Under the pieces are notes generated by a model that was not told the origin of the DNA, ran no database searches, and saw only the letters and a program-made list of their open reading frames with translations. Position numbers and translations under genes: made by a program. Below, piece by piece: positions 25,821 through 38,200 of a stretch of DNA of 64,000 bases. Source of the stretch: Azolla caroliniana (lineage: Eukaryota > Plantae > Polypodiophyta). Location of the stretch: contig JBHGNT010000011.1 in assembly GCA_043228905.1 (NCBI GenBank), positions 1,178,001 through 1,242,000 on the forward strand, given 5' to 3'. Positions within the stretch are counted from its first letter, which is position 1, and each line of letters begins with the position of its first letter.

Positions 25821-27899
25821 TTAAATGAATAAGTAAACTAACCTAATTATATGAATGAAAATGTCAAGAACGGTCCTCCTCTTCCCTTGACTTTTTAATC
25901 CGGAAACGGTCCGAAATTTGGGTTTCGGAAGTGTGCATGGCCCCGACCGATTTTGCTTCGACTACTCGAAGTTGGAGTTGGACTAGTTTAAAGAGTCAAG
26001 TGTAGTCGTTTGAACACCTCTCTCTGGTATCTTATGTGATGTCAGTTTCCCCGTCCACTATCTGTCCCGTAGGAAATTGTCTGCCCCGAGATTTCGTGAC
26101 CTGCTCGGGAAGTCGTCCTTCCTACTCTCATGATGCTGTTGGAAACATTCTTTATACTCATAAGCTCTCGTGGCATCATTGACGATCCAAATCGATGCAA
26201 CCATTCATCTATTTGTATGCATGTCGTATTGTTGGAACTCGACCCCCTGGAGTGTGTGTGTATGTGCATGCGTTGCCGTCAAGTACGTGTTTGTGCACGT
26301 TGATGGGATGGGCACAGTTATATTGCTTGTAATATAATGCACCTGCTAAAAATAAGTGTCTACAGTTGTGTGCTTCCCGAGACATTGGCATGCCCCCTAT
26401 TATATGCTTCCAAATGTGTTGAGATTTTGCCCCACATCGAGGTTTCTTGACAGTAATATCATGCGCGTACTAGAAAATGTATTTTCTATTCACGTTTGCA
26501 TGCGTTTTGTACGAAGGGGCCAATTTAGTAACATGTACGACTTGTTTCACGTGAGGGGAAGGACGCATAACTTTTGCCTGACTGAGTGAACATTCATAGG
26601 GTAGCATGCTCGTAGAAAACACATTTCCATGGCCCAAATATATCATCAGATAACAGAGTAGGTCGATAATTTCCCCATCTCCATTCAACCCTCTTGACCG
26701 CCAAAACTAGATTCCTCCTTAAGCATGTGATGCGAATGAATTTTGGCACCTTTTCTTCACCCTTATGTGAACTGACATTAGACAACGTGTTGGGTTTTGG
26801 AGGGCCAAACAAAAAAAACTTACGAACATTTTACATCGTGTCGATTTATGGAGAAACCAAAGTGTTGGAGTTTCGAAGCACACACATGCATGTACATCTC
26901 AAAGCATGCCATAATGAGATGTCACACGTTTGGAATAGTGTATGAGATTGTGCACGCCTTTCTGTATCTCTCGAAAATGACCACTCCGTCACTCATGCAC
27001 TTGCCTTTGAATGAACACAATTGGACATTCAACAAATTGACCATTTCAACATCCTTCCCTCAATGTTCATAATGACCAAGGTGTTAATTGGAAGTTATTT
27101 ACTCATTTTACCCAACCTTTTTATCCCTATACCCTCGTAAGAAAAGTGGCATTCGAGTTCAAATCACAACCTTTTAATTCGGGAAAGGCTTTAAAAGTTT
27201 TCAAAGTATCTCGTTACAACTGGAAGGCTATTTTTCTCTTACATGAATGTTGCCACATGATCCTAATATATTTAAAGCTCAAGCCCATGTAAAATGAGGA
27301 CGAGTGCTCAGTAAAATCTCCACTTGGGGTTGAGAAATGGCTTATTTCTTCAGTCAAACTAAGTGTTCATGTCTACTATTGCAAAAAACAATATCATAAC
27401 TTCTTTCAAATAAGCATGTCTTGTTTTCTCACTAAGCTATGGTGCAAGAGTCCGATTGTGATTCAATTATCCATATAAGGTAATTACACCTATTGTAGTA
27501 AGGTTTGAGATATAAATCCCGTTGAATAAGATGTAAATAACATGTAGTAAATTTGAATCACGAAAAAATGACCATTCGAAAACTTTGATGGAAACGAGCA
27601 TCTTCAACAAATTTTATTTTTAAATTGAAAGACATTTTGTACCCAACAAGTAATACATACATATGTACAATTTCCTTCTTTATTCAAATTCGTTATGCTT
27701 ATGTTTTTGTCTTGTATTGATCGTGTGCTTCATTCATGACCTATCCAAATAGTTAGTTGTTTACGAAATCTTGGAATCCATGGTTGGTTAGAATAAACAA
27801 GTTATTCAGGTTCTCTATATAAACTTGATATCTTATATATATTTTCAAGCTATAAAATGTACTTTCAAAGTATTTATTTAGCTAGCTCACATGGTAGTG

Positions 27900-28720
27900 A
27901 AATGTTGTACATGCATTGCTTAAATCAATTATCATTATATTAATGATTTAGACTTCTCACAACCTCTCTTTTGCGCACACATTTGAGGTATATTGGTTAA
28001 AATGTACCTCAAAAATATGCTTGAAATGAAGGAATCAATGCATGAACTATCAAATATATGTATTACAAGCATGGATGAGGCTTTGCATCGTGGGATTATT
28101 TTTTTGACAGGGAATTGATACTAATGTGATTGGGAAAGGGATAAATGACATTATTTTACAACACTCATTCTAAGAAAATTTGGGACACAATGTCAATGGC
28201 TCACACAATGGCTGGGATAAACTCGTAAGTAGGGGATTTTGAAATGTTGGAGATCATAATAGAAGAGGAAAGGATGAACAATAATCCTTACCTTATTGTT
28301 AATAGATTAGAAAAAGAGAAACCTTACACAAATGTTACATATTCCTACAAATTCAATCTAGCAAATCGTCGCTTATAGGTCAAACGTCTTTCCTTTCTAG
28401 AATTCTTAAAAACATGTTGATTGAGTAGCCAAGATTGTTCGTTCAACCGTAAGAATTGGTTTCAAGCCACAACAACTTGAGTGAAGATTCTAGTTTGAGA
28501 TCATGAACTCTACTATGTAGCGCGATGGGCCACAACGATGCTAATAAAACGTAAATGGTCTCTAAATAGTTGCCATCGTGGGGTTTTGCAAGCTTCACAC
28601 TTCTCAAGGAGGAATATAATGTCTTTCAAAGAGGGATTGGTCTACAACCATGTAACATGTGCATACTTTATATTCATGTAATTCATTTATATTTCATGGA
28701 GTGTCGCCAACATTTCCATT
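27900..28720 (+). mobile_element. Possible highly decayed MULE transposase (SWIM finger) remnant
   Basis: Broken reading TLYSCNSFIFHGV-C-H near 28660-28715 resembles a SWIM CxC..CxH motif; many stops. Confidence 0.3.
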
Positions 28721-29199
28721 GGCGTAAGTGTGCAACGGGAATGTAGAATTCCATTCAAAAGAAGTAGACTAAGAAATCACAATAGAGGTCAACTAGGTCA
28801 ATTACTTTGTTTAATTTGAGTTGCGATAAATTAATCCAAAGAGCTATTTGAAATGACTACTTTTTGCCTAATCTAAGACTTGTCCCTTTATTGGATGACA
28901 TTGTTCCACCACTTGGTAAATATAACAAGAAGTAGTAGTTGATCAATGATCATTTCTTGTTAATGCTTATAATCAAGTTGTTAGTTGCAATATGACTAAA
29001 TAAAGAAGCAAACCATATCTTATTCTCATTCATTTATCTTCTCTCTCTAATATTGATCACATGTTGTGTGTGTGGTAAAAGCACACCATTAAATTAATTG
29101 TATGTAAAATCCACTTCTTACAACACTTGTAGTGTCCTCAACCTATCTATCCTATCCTATGTAGGGAGAGGGACGTCTTGTAATGCCACTAGAAAACCT

Positions 29200-29580
29200 G
29201 AATATGCATTTGAGGAAATGATCCCCACATGCTTTAACTTCCAGGAATTTCACATAAGAATAGCTTTCAACTTCTTCATTTATGCTTTCACCCTATGTCT
29301 GCCATCAAACATGAAAGCATTACACATATTCCACTTGTGTTATAGTCTCCAATTTCATAAAAATTGGAACAATACCTTCATCTCGTCATTTGGACCATTT
29401 TGAACATACAGTGAAAAAACCCATTGTTGAGGTCTCAAATAACAACAGGTTAAAACTTGTTAAACATATGATAAGTACCTCCAAATGATACATGCTATAA
29501 GACACTTAATAAACCTATGTGTACCGTCCTCCAAAGGAATGGTGCAAAAGAAACAAGTGCCCGATCTTAGTCCTCGTCTC
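29200..29580 (-). mobile_element. LINE ORF2 3' fragment (zf-RVT-like)
   Basis: TCFFCTIPLEDGTHRFIKCLIACIIW matches the CxxC...H...C finger of plant L1 ORF2. Confidence 0.6.
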
Positions 29581-29599
29581 TCTCTCTCTCTCTCTCTAC

Positions 29600-30318
29600 T
29601 CATTGAGTTTGGTCCTACAATGGAAAACACTTGTAAGGCAACCACAAAGTTGGGGAGTATGATCGTTAATGAGTCTAGATCATGAATATTTCTTGATGTC
29701 AATGCAATAAACTCAGCCACAAGGGACAAAATGCTTATGAGTCACTTGATTTCTCTTCAAGAAACCATAAACAAGCAAGGTGAAGAGATTAAGACACTAT
29801 TGAAAGAGAATGCTGAGTTCTAAGTTGTTGTCATCGAGAGTGAAAGTCTTAAGAAAATGGCCGCAAAACTTGAAGATGAAATTCAAGAATGTAAGAGAGC
29901 TTCTTTTCAAATAAATGAGCACCTTAACAAGATTGAGTTACATGAATCATCAAAAGAAGAAACAATGCACATGATGAGGCGGAATGTAAGTGAGATGAAA
30001 AATGTTGGCACAACGAAGTCATGGGCTGACATATGTGGTGGGGATCTGGTATCAAAATAATCTATTATGCATGTGATGAATCAAGAGAAGAATATATAAA
30101 GCATAGATGTTTGAGAATTGAAAGAATGTGAACGACGATGAAAGAACATTGTCATCCATGGGATTAAAGAGGAGAGTATGGAAACATTGGCATCCCTTGG
30201 AAAGGCCATCAATGAATTCTTTAACATGCATTATGGTATGTTGGAAAACATGTTGTTGCCCACTTCGGAGAAAGGCCAATTGTATGCATGATGATAGATG
30301 ATACCAAGTGGAGGATCA
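29600..30318 (+). mobile_element. LINE ORF1 region, left half (split by the 30319-49239 insertion)
   Basis: Coiled-coil-like ORF with KSWADI. The reading DDTKWRI-ILEKSWVYLKGT continues across the GATCA TSD into 49245. Confidence 0.6.
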
Positions 30319-30731
30319 TGTCACGACACAATGACGTCAAATATGTAGCTAGTGAGGATTGAACTTGCAACCTCACATCCACAAGACATCATGCTCAACC
30401 ATATGGATATGAGCACATATTTATATAATAGAGTATTGTATATTCTAGCATATAATATACATTCTAGAATATTCTAGAGCCTTTAGTGTATTCTAGAAAT
30501 ATTGTATGGTGTATTCTAGACGGGTATATTCTAGAGATACTTAATCTCAGAACTTGTATAAATACTTTTAACCTCCTTGGTTCCTTTCAGGGGATTCAAC
30601 ACCAGTCATTGACACATCAATGTAGTATTCTCGTTTCGCCCCATCTTGTCTCTTTGATCTTTATCTCAGTCTTCATTCTCTTTTGTCATTCTCGAGTTTC
30701 TAGCCTCATCATGTCTACGTCTAAGTTCACA
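30319..30731 (+). mobile_element. LTR family A, left copy
   Basis: TGTCACGACAC start, tctaga-rich U3, TATA at 30557, R beginning ggggattcaa. Reverse-complement homology to 48960-49239 and 42425-42516. Confidence 0.75.
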
Positions 30732-31560
30732 GTTCGTCGCTTGTATCCCCATCATCCATGCTCCGTCCCAATCCGCGGTTGGTGTGTTTGTGACAGTTTC
30801 GGTTGTGACCCCCACTGGAACTAGAAGATGAGCGATCGAAATCAGTCCTCGCCAAAGGAAAGTGGCACGGGACTTGAACTAAAATGAAAATGGAGTGCAA
30901 GAGAGCAATGATATGATCCCCACCAGGAAAGTGAGCGGTTGTGATCCCCACAAGAACTGAGAAGGTGAGTGATAGAAAGCACTGATCAAAATCGTGATGC
31001 AAAATGATACCTATAAATGATAACAAGTAGTGTTGATGAAGATGAAGGTTGGGTGAAGAGGTGCTGAAAATGATGATGTCGAAGACAAGGATGTTGATGA
31101 CGGTAACTTTGGATGCAAGGACATTGATGATGGTAACTCTAGAAGCAAGGGCGATGACGAAGATGGGTGATGCTTCTAATTGGAAGGGATTCAATGTAAC
31201 GGACGTACACAAGGGCAAGGACAAGTAGGCGAGCTCAATATTAACAAAGAGAGAAAGATAGATATATAGATAGAGAGGAGCATAGACAAGAGAACAAGAG
31301 AGAGAGAGAGGGTAGACAAAAGAGCGAGAACTAAATTATGCTTCTGTAACTGGTGTTGTTCACCTTAATTGTAATCAAGATGCACCGAAGTATTTATACA
31401 AGAATGTGGTGTTATGCATGTAAGCTAGAAACATCTAGAGAATGCATGGAAACTTCTAGAGAGTGCATGTCTATGCATTCTCTAGAAGTTTCTTGAAAGT
31501 GCTAGTGATTAACTTACAATGTAATAAGTTGAAACTTATACAATATAATAATGCATGGAT

Positions 31561-31630
31561 GGAATGTAGCTCAATTGGTAAGGTTGCCCAATAAGACCAA
31601 GAGGTCATGGGTTGAACCCCCTACATTCCA
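31561..31630 (+). other. tRNA-like cassette in LTR U3 (antisense to the element)
   Basis: GGAATGT-AGCTCAATTGGTA...GAGGTCATGGGTTGAACCCC-CTACATTCCA; a 12-bp closing stem; anticodon arm not canonical. Confidence 0.7.
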
Positions 31631-34600
31631 TCATGTCTATGACATTATCCTCCCTCTAAGGCCGCCTCTTGGGAGTCGCGGCTGCCTTATGTGGGTATCG
31701 TTGATGAAAATCACGAATGGCCTCCGGATCATTTTGTAAATGTGTAATTGGTTCCCATGTGGCATTCGAAATGGGGTAACCTTTCCATAAGACCAAATAT
31801 TGGAGCTGTCGACGACGATATCGAGAGTCGAGGATTTGGTCAACCTCATATTCTTCGCCTGTTGACAATTCCACAGGTGGTGGTGGAGGAGGGTGTCGTC
31901 CTGGAATTCAAGAAGGATGGTAGAGTTCGAGGGAAACGTGAAAAACATCGTGAATCCTGAATGTTGGAGGAAGTGCTAACCGGAAGGCGACTGGGTTGAT
32001 CCGCTTGATGATATGAAAGGGGCGTAGTCTTATGTAGTCCAATTTTGCACAAGGACGTGTGGTGGCGATGTGACGACGTAACAACCAAACCATGTCCCCG
32101 ATTGCAAATGTCGGTGCAGCTAAGTGATGTCGGTCCGCTTGATCTTTATAGTGGTCACCAGCAACACGGAGCTCCAAGAAGAGGTCACAATGTACATCGT
32201 GTAAAGCATGGGCACACGTCTCTGCCGAAGGATTGACCAAAGTTGCAAGTATCGAAATGCTGAAACGAGGGTGAAATCCATAGTTTGCAAAGAAGGGGGA
32301 AACCTTAGTCGAAGCATGGATACTATTATTGTAAGCAAATTTTGCCATTGCAAGGAAGTCCACCCAATCCTCCTATTGGTAGCTCACGGTACACCGAAGG
32401 TATTGTTTGAGGATTTGGTTGACTCACTTTGTGTGTCTATCAGTTTGAGGGTGGTATGTTGAGGACAAGTTGACAGAAGTCTCGAATGTTTGTAGAAGTC
32501 ATCGCCAAAAGTGGGAAATGAACTGAGAACCTCGATCAGAGGTGATATCCTCAGGTAAGCCTTGTAATCGAACAACATTTTAAAGAAAAAGATCAATTGT
32601 CTCTTCCCCGGAAATTGTTTTGGAACATGGAACAAAGTGAGCCATCTTCGAAAACCGATCGACAATGACTAGCACCGTGTCATGTCCACCAACCAGAGGG
32701 AGGTCCGTGATACAAGCCATGGATAGAGAGACCCATGGTTAACGTGGAATTGGGAGCGGGTGGAGAAGACCATATGGCCGATGGTGAGGCATTTTGGACC
32801 GAGCATACATCACATGTCTTGATAAATTCCTTGACAAATTTCCAAGGTTGGGGCCATCAAAACCCAAAAGTGGCCCCAAAGTGGCTGGCAAGAGGATCCT
32901 CATGACAGTTTTGTAGAACCCGTGTACAACATGATCCTTCAGGAACATACAAGAGATGATTACGATATAGTAACCCATCCCGGGTTGTAAATTGGTTGAG
33001 ATATGAGTTTTTCATGTCCAGAGATGGGTCATTAATGCGGTCCATGATTTCTTTGGCAAATGGGTCTGACACGGTTGCTGTGGCGATCTCGTTGAGCAAA
33101 GAATCATCATGTAACATGCAGGTGGCGAACATTTGAAGTTGATCGGGCGGCAACAAACAATGGGATTGTTGTGAATATGCATCATCTCCTAGGCGCAATG
33201 CAAAATCAGGTCGCCAAGAGAGAGCATCAACTTTCCCATGTTGAACTCCAGGTTGAAACAAGATCTCAAAGTCGTAGTCGGCGAAAAAAGATGACCATCG
33301 AGCTTGCGTCCGATTCAATGTCTGATTGGTGGTGAAGTAAATTAGATTTTTGTGGTCGGTCAGCACCTGGATGCGATGTTGGGCCCCAACCAAATAGGGT
33401 CGCCATTCGGTGAAGACAGATATGATTGCTGCCAGCTCCTTGTTGTAGACTGGATAATTGATTTCTGGGGCGGTAAACTTCTGAGAGTAGAAGGCAATAG
33501 GACGTAGTGTACCCTTGTCGTTTGGTTGGGACAAGACAGCTCCAATGGCAAAGTCGGAGGCATCAGTTTTGACTTGGAAGGGCCTTGTGGGATCGGGGTG
33601 GACCAACACTAGGGCTGTGAGAAAAGCTACCTAAGAAATGGAGTATCTTTTCTTGTAAGGATGATTAGAGGTTGTACGAAAGATGAAAAACCATTGATAA
33701 ATCGTCGATAGAAATTTGTAAAACCAAGAAATGATTGTACGTCTTTCAACCAAGTAGGGACAGGCCAATCGGTGATTGCCGCTACCTTGTGTGCATCCAT
33801 TGTGATCCCGGAGGGTGAAATCACGTAGCCTAGGAATTCAACAGAGGTTCGATCAAATTCACATTTCTCACTTTTGGTGTAAAGTCCATGTTCCCAAAGT
33901 TTGGATAGGACCAATCGGACGTGTGGGTGTGCTCCTCTATGTTGGATGAAAAAACTAAAATGTCGTCAAGGTAGATCACCACGAAGTGATCGAGATACTC
34001 CCGAAATATATTGTTCATCATGTGTTGAAAGACCGTTTTCCACTCGTCTCCTGGCTTGATACGCACCAGCTTGTAGGCTCCGTGAAGGTCGATTTTGGAG
34101 AAGATACGCCCGAATTGAAGTCGGTCAAGAAGTGTTGGAATTAAAGGCAAGGGGTAACGATTATGTACCGTAATTTTGTTGAGACCTCGATAATCCACAC
34201 ATAGGCGATGAGCCGTCCTTCTTCTTGACAAATAAGATTGGGGCTCCAGCCGGTGATTTGGAGGGTTGAATGAAGCCCTTGGCGAGGTTTTCATCCAGAT
34301 ATGTGCGAAGGGCCTCAAGTTTGGGTTTAGATAGCCCATAGATGGGCCCAAATGGTGGGTGTGCGCCATCTTGGAGTTCAATTGGGCAATCATAAGGGCG
34401 ATATGCCGGCAACCGGTCTGCATTTCGCTTTTCGAACACGTCCTAAAAATCGCTATATCTTGCGGGCAAATTGGTGACAGGAGTAGGGACGTCATGTGAC
34501 ACAACGGGAACGAAAGTGACCACGCTAGAATCAGCCATAACGGAATCGGCAATGTCGGAGACTAAGTTGAAATCAGAAGAATGTGCACCCAAGCTGAAAG

Positions 34601-35299
34601 CAACCCCCACACAAGTAACTGTGTTTGTGGAAAGGACCCGCGCTGGTGTTTGTGGAAAAGTGATGGAGCGGCCACACCAATCCACCATCAGATTGTGTGT
34701 TTCCAACCATGAGAGCCCTTAAACAATCGAATGACGAGGGGTTGCAATGAGGTAGAATGTTAATGCCTCCTGGTGGAACCCGGCTTGAAATACCAACAGG
34801 ACAGTGGCTTCGGTAACTGCCCTTGAAGAGAGAACCCGTTCGTCGATAGCTTCAATGGATATGGGTTGTGTTGTGCGGACGGTTGGGATTTTATGTGCTC
34901 GGACGAACGCGATATCGATGAAACAAGTAGATGCACCAGAATCGAGCAAGGCATGGGATTTTATTGAAATAGACCCAAAACAAAGACTTACTTGCAAAGT
35001 AAAACCTCCTGCTGGCGTGACTGAATTGTAGGAGCACAAAGAGCTAGGGCGGCAGAAAGTGTCCAGCGGCATGGCTCCTACTGTAGCCGGACTTGCTCGT
35101 TTTCCTGTTGTCCAGAAACCTCTGCAAGACGTGCACGATCATATTCTTGTTGTCGAGAACCCTCTGCAAGACGTGCACGGTGGGATTGATGATGAGGGCC
35201 GCGCATCGGGCAGTGGCAGATGATATGGCCAGGGGTACCACAATAGAATCAGAGGCCATTGTCACGTCGATGTTGCCATTGGGCATCGGTTAATGGTTG

Positions 35300-38200
35300 T
35301 GTTGAGCGGCAAGCTCAACCGGAGCCGGATCGGCTGAATAAGCCGGAGCCGGTAAGCGAGACGGATCGGGCGAAACGGATCGGTATGACGGTGAGCAACC
35401 GAACCGGCAAGCAGTGGAGGCCGGGTGCAATCCGTAACCGGAAGTCCAATCGAAAGCCTAGTATAGGATAGACTACTAGGTAGCTATAGTCTCGTAGTAA
35501 GTGTCAGATGCTCGTGTGAGCATTGAAGTACATGGTACTTCTGTCAGTCCCAAGAGGACTTGTATAAATAGTGCTACTTAGGACAGTGTGTGTACAGAGT
35601 CTTGATATAATTTTGAAATTGTGTTCTGCTCTCTCTGTGTCTCTCTGTGTCTCTCTCTCTCTTTGTTGTTCTCTGTTTTACGCTTCCGCAAACACTTACG
35701 TTTACATGGTATCAGAGCGCGAGGGTTGAGAACCTCTGCTGCAGACATTTACTCTTGAGAAGAAAACCCTAACAGGTCGAAAACAGACACAGTAGAAGAC
35801 ATGGATAGAGGCATGGCTACGTCGCTCCCGGTGGAGAAGCTCGATAGGAGCAACTACGCATCCTGGTGTTACAAGATGCACCAGTACCTGCTTGGACACG
35901 GGTACTGGAGTTATGTCGAAGGAGTGAATGATGCGGCGCCCGACTCGACACACAAGGACTTCCCGGTATGGGAACAGGCGGCAAGCAGGGTGATGTACTG
36001 CTTTGCGTCCAGTGTCGGCGATCAGCTGCTCAGCCACATCCGTGACGCCAAGACACCGAAGGATGCTTGGGGGAACCTGAAAAAGGTTTTCGCCGCAAGC
36101 ACCACTGCCCGGAAGCTGCAACTCAGATAGGAGTTGAGCAATGGTCGACAGAAGAACATGTCCGTGGCAGACTACACGGGCCAGATAAAGGAGATCTGCG
36201 ACTCGCTCGCCTCTATCAATGTTACTGTAGAGGAAGACGAGATGGTGCAGGTATGTCTCGGAGGCCTGGCGTCCAAGTTCGGAGCGTTCCGGACTGCGGT
36301 GTGTACAAGGGAGAGTACCCCCTCATTCTTCGACTTACAGTCGATGCTCCTTGTAGAGGAGAACCACGCCGGTGCATTTACCAGTGCATCCCCGGACAAC
36401 CGAATGCTGTACACGGGAACGGATCGGCTCCATGGGCGTGGTGGAAGAGGTGGGTCGGCACGCAATGGAGGCGGCCGGCAAGAGCAAGAACGGAGGCACT
36501 ATGAGCGTGCCGACAGCAGTTCCGGGACTTCCACAAGCAGGGGGAGTCAAGGCGGTGCCGGAGGCCGGCAAGACAAATCCGCTACGGAATGTTGGTATTG
36601 TGGCAAAAAAGGCCACAGGGAAAGCGAGTGCTGGAGAAAGCGTGCCTATTCGGACAAATCTGGATCCGGCAAGACCGGTAAGGATGGCCGGCAAAACTCG
36701 CACTACGCAAACGGATCAGGAGGATCCGGAACCGGAAAGGCCGGTAAGGGGCCAACCTTGGTGATGAATCACAAGGCAAACTCAATGAAGAAGACCACTT
36801 CCAAAACAGAGGAAGTGTGGTATGTTGATTCCGGCGCGTCGAACCACATGACGAGCCACAAAGAGTGGTTCTCCTTTCTGGAGAAACCGGATCAACCAGG
36901 AGTAGTCGAAACCGGAGATGACACTCCTCACCCAATTGTGCACGTCGGAGAAGTCCCTCTAAGCCACGCCGGACAGAAAGGGAAGCTGATGAACGTATTA
37001 CACGTTCCGACAATCACGAAGAACCTGGTGTCCGTCGGTCAGATTGTCGACCAGGGGATGCAGGTGTGGTTTACGCACCTCGGGTGCTTCATTGAGGATG
37101 AGGGCGAAGTCATTGCGCAAGGGCGCAGAGACGGGAGGTTGTTTATCCTCAACACCAATGACTTTGGCACCGCTCTGTTCGCGAAACGACAGAAGGTCGA
37201 GTCGGACATCGACCTGTGGCACAAGCGGATAGGCCACGTCAACTACCGGAGGCTTCAAGACCTGCAAACGAAACAAGTCATTTTCGGTTTGCCGAAGTTC
37301 AGCGGCCGGAGAGCCGAAATTTGTGAAGCCTGCCAACTTGGGAAGCAACACTGGCTTCCATTCCCCACCGAACGGAACCGGAGCCGTAACAAGCTCGATC
37401 TCATCCATTCGGATGTGTGGGGACCGACACAAAGTGTAAGCCTTGGCGGGAGCCGATACTTCGTCTCCTTCATCGACGACTATACTCGACATACTTGGAT
37501 CTACCTCATTGAGTGGAAGAGCGAAGTCTTCGACTGTTTCCGGAGCCTCCAGAAGATGGTGGAATGGGAATTGGAGAGGAAGATCAAATGCCTTCGGTCG
37601 GATGGCGGAAAGGAATATTTTTCCGGCCAATTCACTGGTTATCTGCAGCAGAAGGGAATTCGGCGAGAGTTCAGCTGCAGATACACACCGGAGCAAAACG
37701 GTGTGGCCGAAAGGAAGAACCAGACACTCGTCGAAGCGGCAAGGGCAATGCTGGAGGAGAAGAGCATGCCCCGGTTCTACTGGGCGGAGGCGGTCCGGAC
37801 GGCCGTCTACATACAAAACCGCATTGGTGACAAGGTGTCAGCTCATGAGCTGTATTTCGGGCGCAAGCCGAACTTAAGACACCTTCGGATATTCGGCAGC
37901 ATAGCGTATGTGCATGTGCCGGATCAGAAGCGGAGAAAGCTGGATGCAAAATCGGAAAAATGCATCCTAGTTGGCTATGCTCAAGAGCAAAAGGGGTATA
38001 AGTGCTATAACCCCCGGACGAAGGAAATCCGAGTTAGCCGGGATGTCGAGTTCGATGAATCGGCATCCTGGTACTTCGTACCGACTCCGACTTCCAATCC
38101 CGACCCAATGTCGGAAGATCAGGCCAGTGAGCCTGAATCAGCCCTGGCAGAGGATGATGAAGCCGGGACTCAAGATGAGAGTCCGGAATCGTGACGGTTG

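Noticed and set aside
31561-31630. Functional tRNA gene calls for the A/B-box cassettes
   Set aside because: Anticodon arms are non-canonical, several acceptor stems are broken, and all copies lie within LTRs.
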